NCBI GenBank assembly: GCA_002633005.1
Contig: NMRA01000003.1
Coordinates: forward strand, 905,452-969,451
Length of the DNA stretch: 64,000 nucleotides
Reading direction: 5' to 3'
From: Phoronis australis
Taxonomy: Eukaryota; Animalia; Phoronida
The notes below the pieces were generated by a model. It was not told the origin of the DNA. It searched no databases and saw only the letters and a program-made list of their open reading frames with translations. This document shows, piece after piece, positions 60,179-64,000 of the stretch. Made by a program: the position numbers and the translations under genes. The stretch's first letter is position 1. Every line of letters starts with the position of its first letter.

Positions 60179-63100
60179 TGCGCACTACGACTCCGTTTCC
60201 GTCGTCTGCTTCACTGTGTAATGAAGAAAATGACTTCATTTTTTAAAAGAAAATGGAATCTGAGTGACGATGAAAAAACAGAAGCTGCTAGTAAGATGTG
60301 AATTTTAATCGAAGCCTTAGTGAATCATTCAGAAACTCATAATTCTCTCTTTGTCAAACCTTAACTTAAGACGATTTCCAAAGCAATCGAGTCATTAATG
60401 GTAACACAAAAAACGGATTTAGTCTTTTGGGCAATTGAAGACTATTTTAAATACAACAAATTTGTTACGAACTGATTGCACAAAAAGTGTAATAAGCATT
60501 ACAAAAAGAGGTAGGTTTCGCGCGCAAACGCTGTGGACCATAAATAAGTAGGTCTCTTATCAAATTATGTGGTGGTGCAGTGGTAAAGCACGCGCGCTTC
60601 ATCCGCCAGGTCGTGAGTTCGAGTCTGTGATAAGTGCAGTTTTTCATGTATGACACGTTCTCCGTGTTTTTTTTCTTGGATAATACTTCAGGAATCAAGG
60701 AAAATGTTTGATTCTAAGAGGAAAAAACAGGCAAATTTTCCTGGGCGGGAGGGGGGTTTACCTCCCCCATTCGGTGCTATGCGCATCTAATCGTGCTTTG
60801 CACAAATGTTTTCAGACAAAATGTTGCCCCCCCTTGTGATATCCTAGATCCGCTACTGCAATACATTCACAGGCTTTGCGGGCTTAATTGTCCTTCTACT
60901 GACTTTCTCAGCACCGGGTTTTAATAAATGGGGCTAAGAGTGAAGACTAGTGACAATGGGGTAGTCACAGCCAGAATCTGAAACTTCATTAAATTTATTA
61001 GAGATATCTGCAGGGGCCCGAATTCAGATACAACCTTCCCGGCTAGAATACATCTCAGCGGACCGAAGTGAAAAGTAATTAATTCCAATTGAAATGAACT
61101 CAGCAGCTCCAACAAATCAAGCATCCCTTTGACGTGTCTCTATAGAGCATCAGTCAACAATTTTCGCGAATCAAAATGCAGCAATTTTGCTTGCACTGAG
61201 TTTTACTCGGTCCCGTTTCCCGCAGCTTACTCAAAAGTCCTCACCACGTTTATTAGGGTTGTCCAAACCTAAAATAGGAAGTTGAAATGTCACGGTCACA
61301 TGACCGCATTGCTCGATCGTGACCCGAGTTGGTAACACGGAAAGAGACCAGTAGGGAGTGACAGCATGATGGATTTCATGATAGTAAATTTTCGTTTTTT
61401 GCCTGCTGTCGAGGGCGAAAGGAAGTTATAAGTCTCGTACTAAAAGTAAATGTTTTAACAATACTATTTAATTGTAAATTCTCAAAATCTTACAGTCAAC
61501 GTGACAAGGAAAATACTGGCTGTAAGAGATCACCCAAATACACGTAGTCTTCAATAGCAATATTGCGCTCCACTATTGGACGAGGTTACGCCCACAGCAC
61601 GACATGAAAAACACTTTGCAGACAAGTGCATGAGGATAATTAATATGTCGTTTCCAGAACATTTTTCGCTATTTTAATTTAATTGCAGACAAAATCGACT
61701 GGCTGTCATAAAGTGTTTTATTTCCGACCGGAAGGCATGTGACCGAGATTGGTTTCGGAGTTGGTCACTCTCCCTTGGTAGAACATGGTACCCACATGCC
61801 AATTGCCGAATCTTCGAGAACACCGCCGGAAAGAAAACTTTTTTTGTCCGTTCTGACAGGAACCTGGGGTTGGAAAAGAAACGAAAAGAGAGACTTAAAG
61901 TTGGTCAAGTAATCGTCAGCAAAATGACTGGTTGCAGATATTGGTAATTCAATAATTCAATCTAAACGAAAAGCACGTCGGATGATTACAGACATCAAAA
62001 AATGTAGAAAAAGCTTTATGAGACTGTGAGAACAATTAAACCAACTAAACCTGAAAACAAAAATACTGCATTTTAAGCCGTTAATTTTAATTGGTGGGTG
62101 AATCTTTAAAAACACGTAAAAGAGGTAATCGTTTTGTTGGAGCAGCTGAGTACATTTCAAAAGAAATTACTTTTCATTGGCGTCAAGTATGTCGTCTGGA
62201 CCTCTCATTATGGCGTTTTCCCTTTGCTCCCAACTTGTTCGATTCTAGGCCTATAGCCCAACAACAAGGTGGGAAGATGGCCCCTGTAGCCAATATCTTA
62301 CACAACTGACTCCATTCTCGCATTTATGGTTGAGGGCCAGCTCTCTTTTGTTCGATAATTACTCTAATCTCCAATAAGTTCGTATCTAGCCTGACTGGGT
62401 TGTGCCGTTAAAAATAAAAGTTAAGTTATAACTTTTTAAAACCAATAGCATTTCAGAAATCCTCGTCAAATGGTGATCATGTTTAGTTTTTGAATTGCCA
62501 AAATCGCCCAACTACAACTCAGCGAAGTTACGACAATCTATTCTTTCAGAATGTACCAATTCGCTCTGGAATAGCTATTGACAAATGCAGTCACTGTTCA
62601 CACGTGGTCTGTGATAAGCCTAGTATATAATTGGCCTGCTTGTTGTCATACCAGACAAAAGACTGAGCTTGGCAGTTAACAAAGAAGCTAGATGTTATTG
62701 TTCCGGCCCGTATTCAGCAATTTTTATCACACGCGCACAAACCTCTATGTCTGGTAAAGTCACTGACGGGAAAACGCCGTAGGCTATGTGGTAAAAAGAA
62801 ACTTTATGTTTTGAGCTGCAAATATCGTCTGAGTGATATTCTTTAGAATCGGCGTGAAGTTGTTAAAGATCACTAATTACGAAAATTTTGCCCGAGAGAA
62901 TTTCAAAAACCTCGATAGACCCAGCATTGCCCGGGCACTGAATTAGGGGTGGTCCAAGCGGTGCGACTCTCGTAGTTGGTGTCAGTCGCGATCCAAGTAA
63001 ACGCTTCGACATCTTCAATTAGTAGCGTGCTTCTAGTCTAACCGTACGATTTCCCTTGTGTCAATAGTCTCCGTGTTTAATCTTTGTAAGATACATTTAA

Positions 63101-64000
63101 TTTACGTTTTTTTTGAAAGTTGTATTGTATCTTATTTCATTATAGATGCATTCTTTCCGTTGTTATTTATATTGTTCTTCTTAATTGTTAGTATATATTT
63201 AATTCATTGTTACTTGGTCAGCTATTAGCGGCCCGTGCCTTTGCTGGCCACCCAGTCAAAACAGAGAAACGTGACGGTTTTTGAACAGTGACAAACACTG
63301 ACGAAAAACGAGTACTGTCATCGAAATGTGAACAGAAGAAAAGGAAGAATAAGTAAAAGAACCCATAAAATATTCCGATTCCGCGAGTTTGATGACAGGC
63401 ACAACGCGGCCGACCGTGACCGCCGCAGTCCGCCGGCGCCGATGATGACCGGACCAAATAAATTTCTGTAAGCAAAACTACAGTGTATTGAGCCGTTGGT
63501 TGATAACTCTCTAGAGAAAAGCAGATGAAAAGAATGAAATCTAAATATTTGATTTGTGGCGTTGTGCATTTTCGCCGCCGGGCTGCCGTCTCTGGAAGTA
63601 TGGCTAGCTGGCTCAGTCGCTTACTCTATTATCGTTCACTGAACCTGAAGGATTAAAATAAAGATTTTAGTCGGCCAGAATTATTTTGACGTCACATAGC
63701 GGAGCTAAATTGATAAAAATCTCAAAAAGTTAAATCTAATGAGAAAAGCGTATTACCTTTCATTATAACGCTATGACAAACATTCAGATATCAACGGTTC
63801 ATCAACCCGATCTAATGTATGTACTTGCTGTGCGAGGTAGGACCGTGTAAGCTGACCAAGTTAACTTGGACTGAAGGCTTAACTTAGTCTACGACAGAGC
63901 ATTGCGAAAATCTGTTGACAGTGTCCGGGTTCGTTCACAAGGTATGTGATAACTGTTATCACTAATGATAATGATTGAATAGATGATAATTGAATCGTTA

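Larger units (their letters stand above)
44507..60858. mobile_element. Foldback (long-TIR) non-autonomous DNA element interrupted by the Polinton
   Basis: Termini CAGTGGCGGATCTAGGATAT (44507) and ATATCCTAGATCCGCTACTG (60858). The left arm (44507-45016 plus 59713-~59890) is the imperfect reverse complement of the right arm (60179-60858). No clear TSD. Confidence 0.75.
44284..63879. repeat. Pair of ~215-bp diverged inverted repeats (44284-44495 and ~63670-63879), possibly the TIRs of an outer element
   Basis: AGCCTCTAGACCAAGTTAACTT...TTACACGGTCC...GTTGATATCTGA...TTTTATCA..TTAGCTCC on the left matches the reverse complement of 63670-63879. Confidence 0.5.

Noticed and set aside
63218-63600. GC-rich patch with ORFs, a possible first exon or promoter of another gene
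   Set aside because: No recognisable protein motif or convincing splice pattern within the window.

Overview
AT-rich, intron-rich animal (probably marine invertebrate) genomic DNA with two N gaps. I rebuilt four host genes exon by exon from GT-AG boundaries and frame continuity: the 5' end of a membrane (MACIT-type) collagen (-), thymidine kinase TK1 (-, 7 exons), CCDC96/CFAP184 (+, 12 exons, head-to-head with TK1) and survivin BIRC5 (-, 4 exons). About 1 kb upstream of the survivin ATG is a complete 14,690-bp Polinton/Maverick (adintovirus-like endogenous virus, 45017-59706). It has AGTAGT termini, 271/318-bp TIRs and a GGTTTG target-site duplication. It encodes an rve integrase with chromodomain, a Zn-ribbon+PLA2 protein, a viral Bcl-2 homologue, a packaging ATPase, minor and (frameshifted) major capsid proteins, core proteins, a protein-primed PolB, an adenain protease and a fibre-like protein. 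Three signals stand out. (i) The integrase frame has no ATG upstream of its first catalytic Asp and overlaps the PLA2 ORF at an A_AAA_AAG -1 slippery site next to a GxG protease-like site, suggesting Gag-Pol-like expression. (ii) The virus carries a Bcl-2 gene and sits beside host survivin. (iii) The insertion is nested in a foldback element whose other arm preserves the empty site. All family calls come from motif recognition, not database searches.
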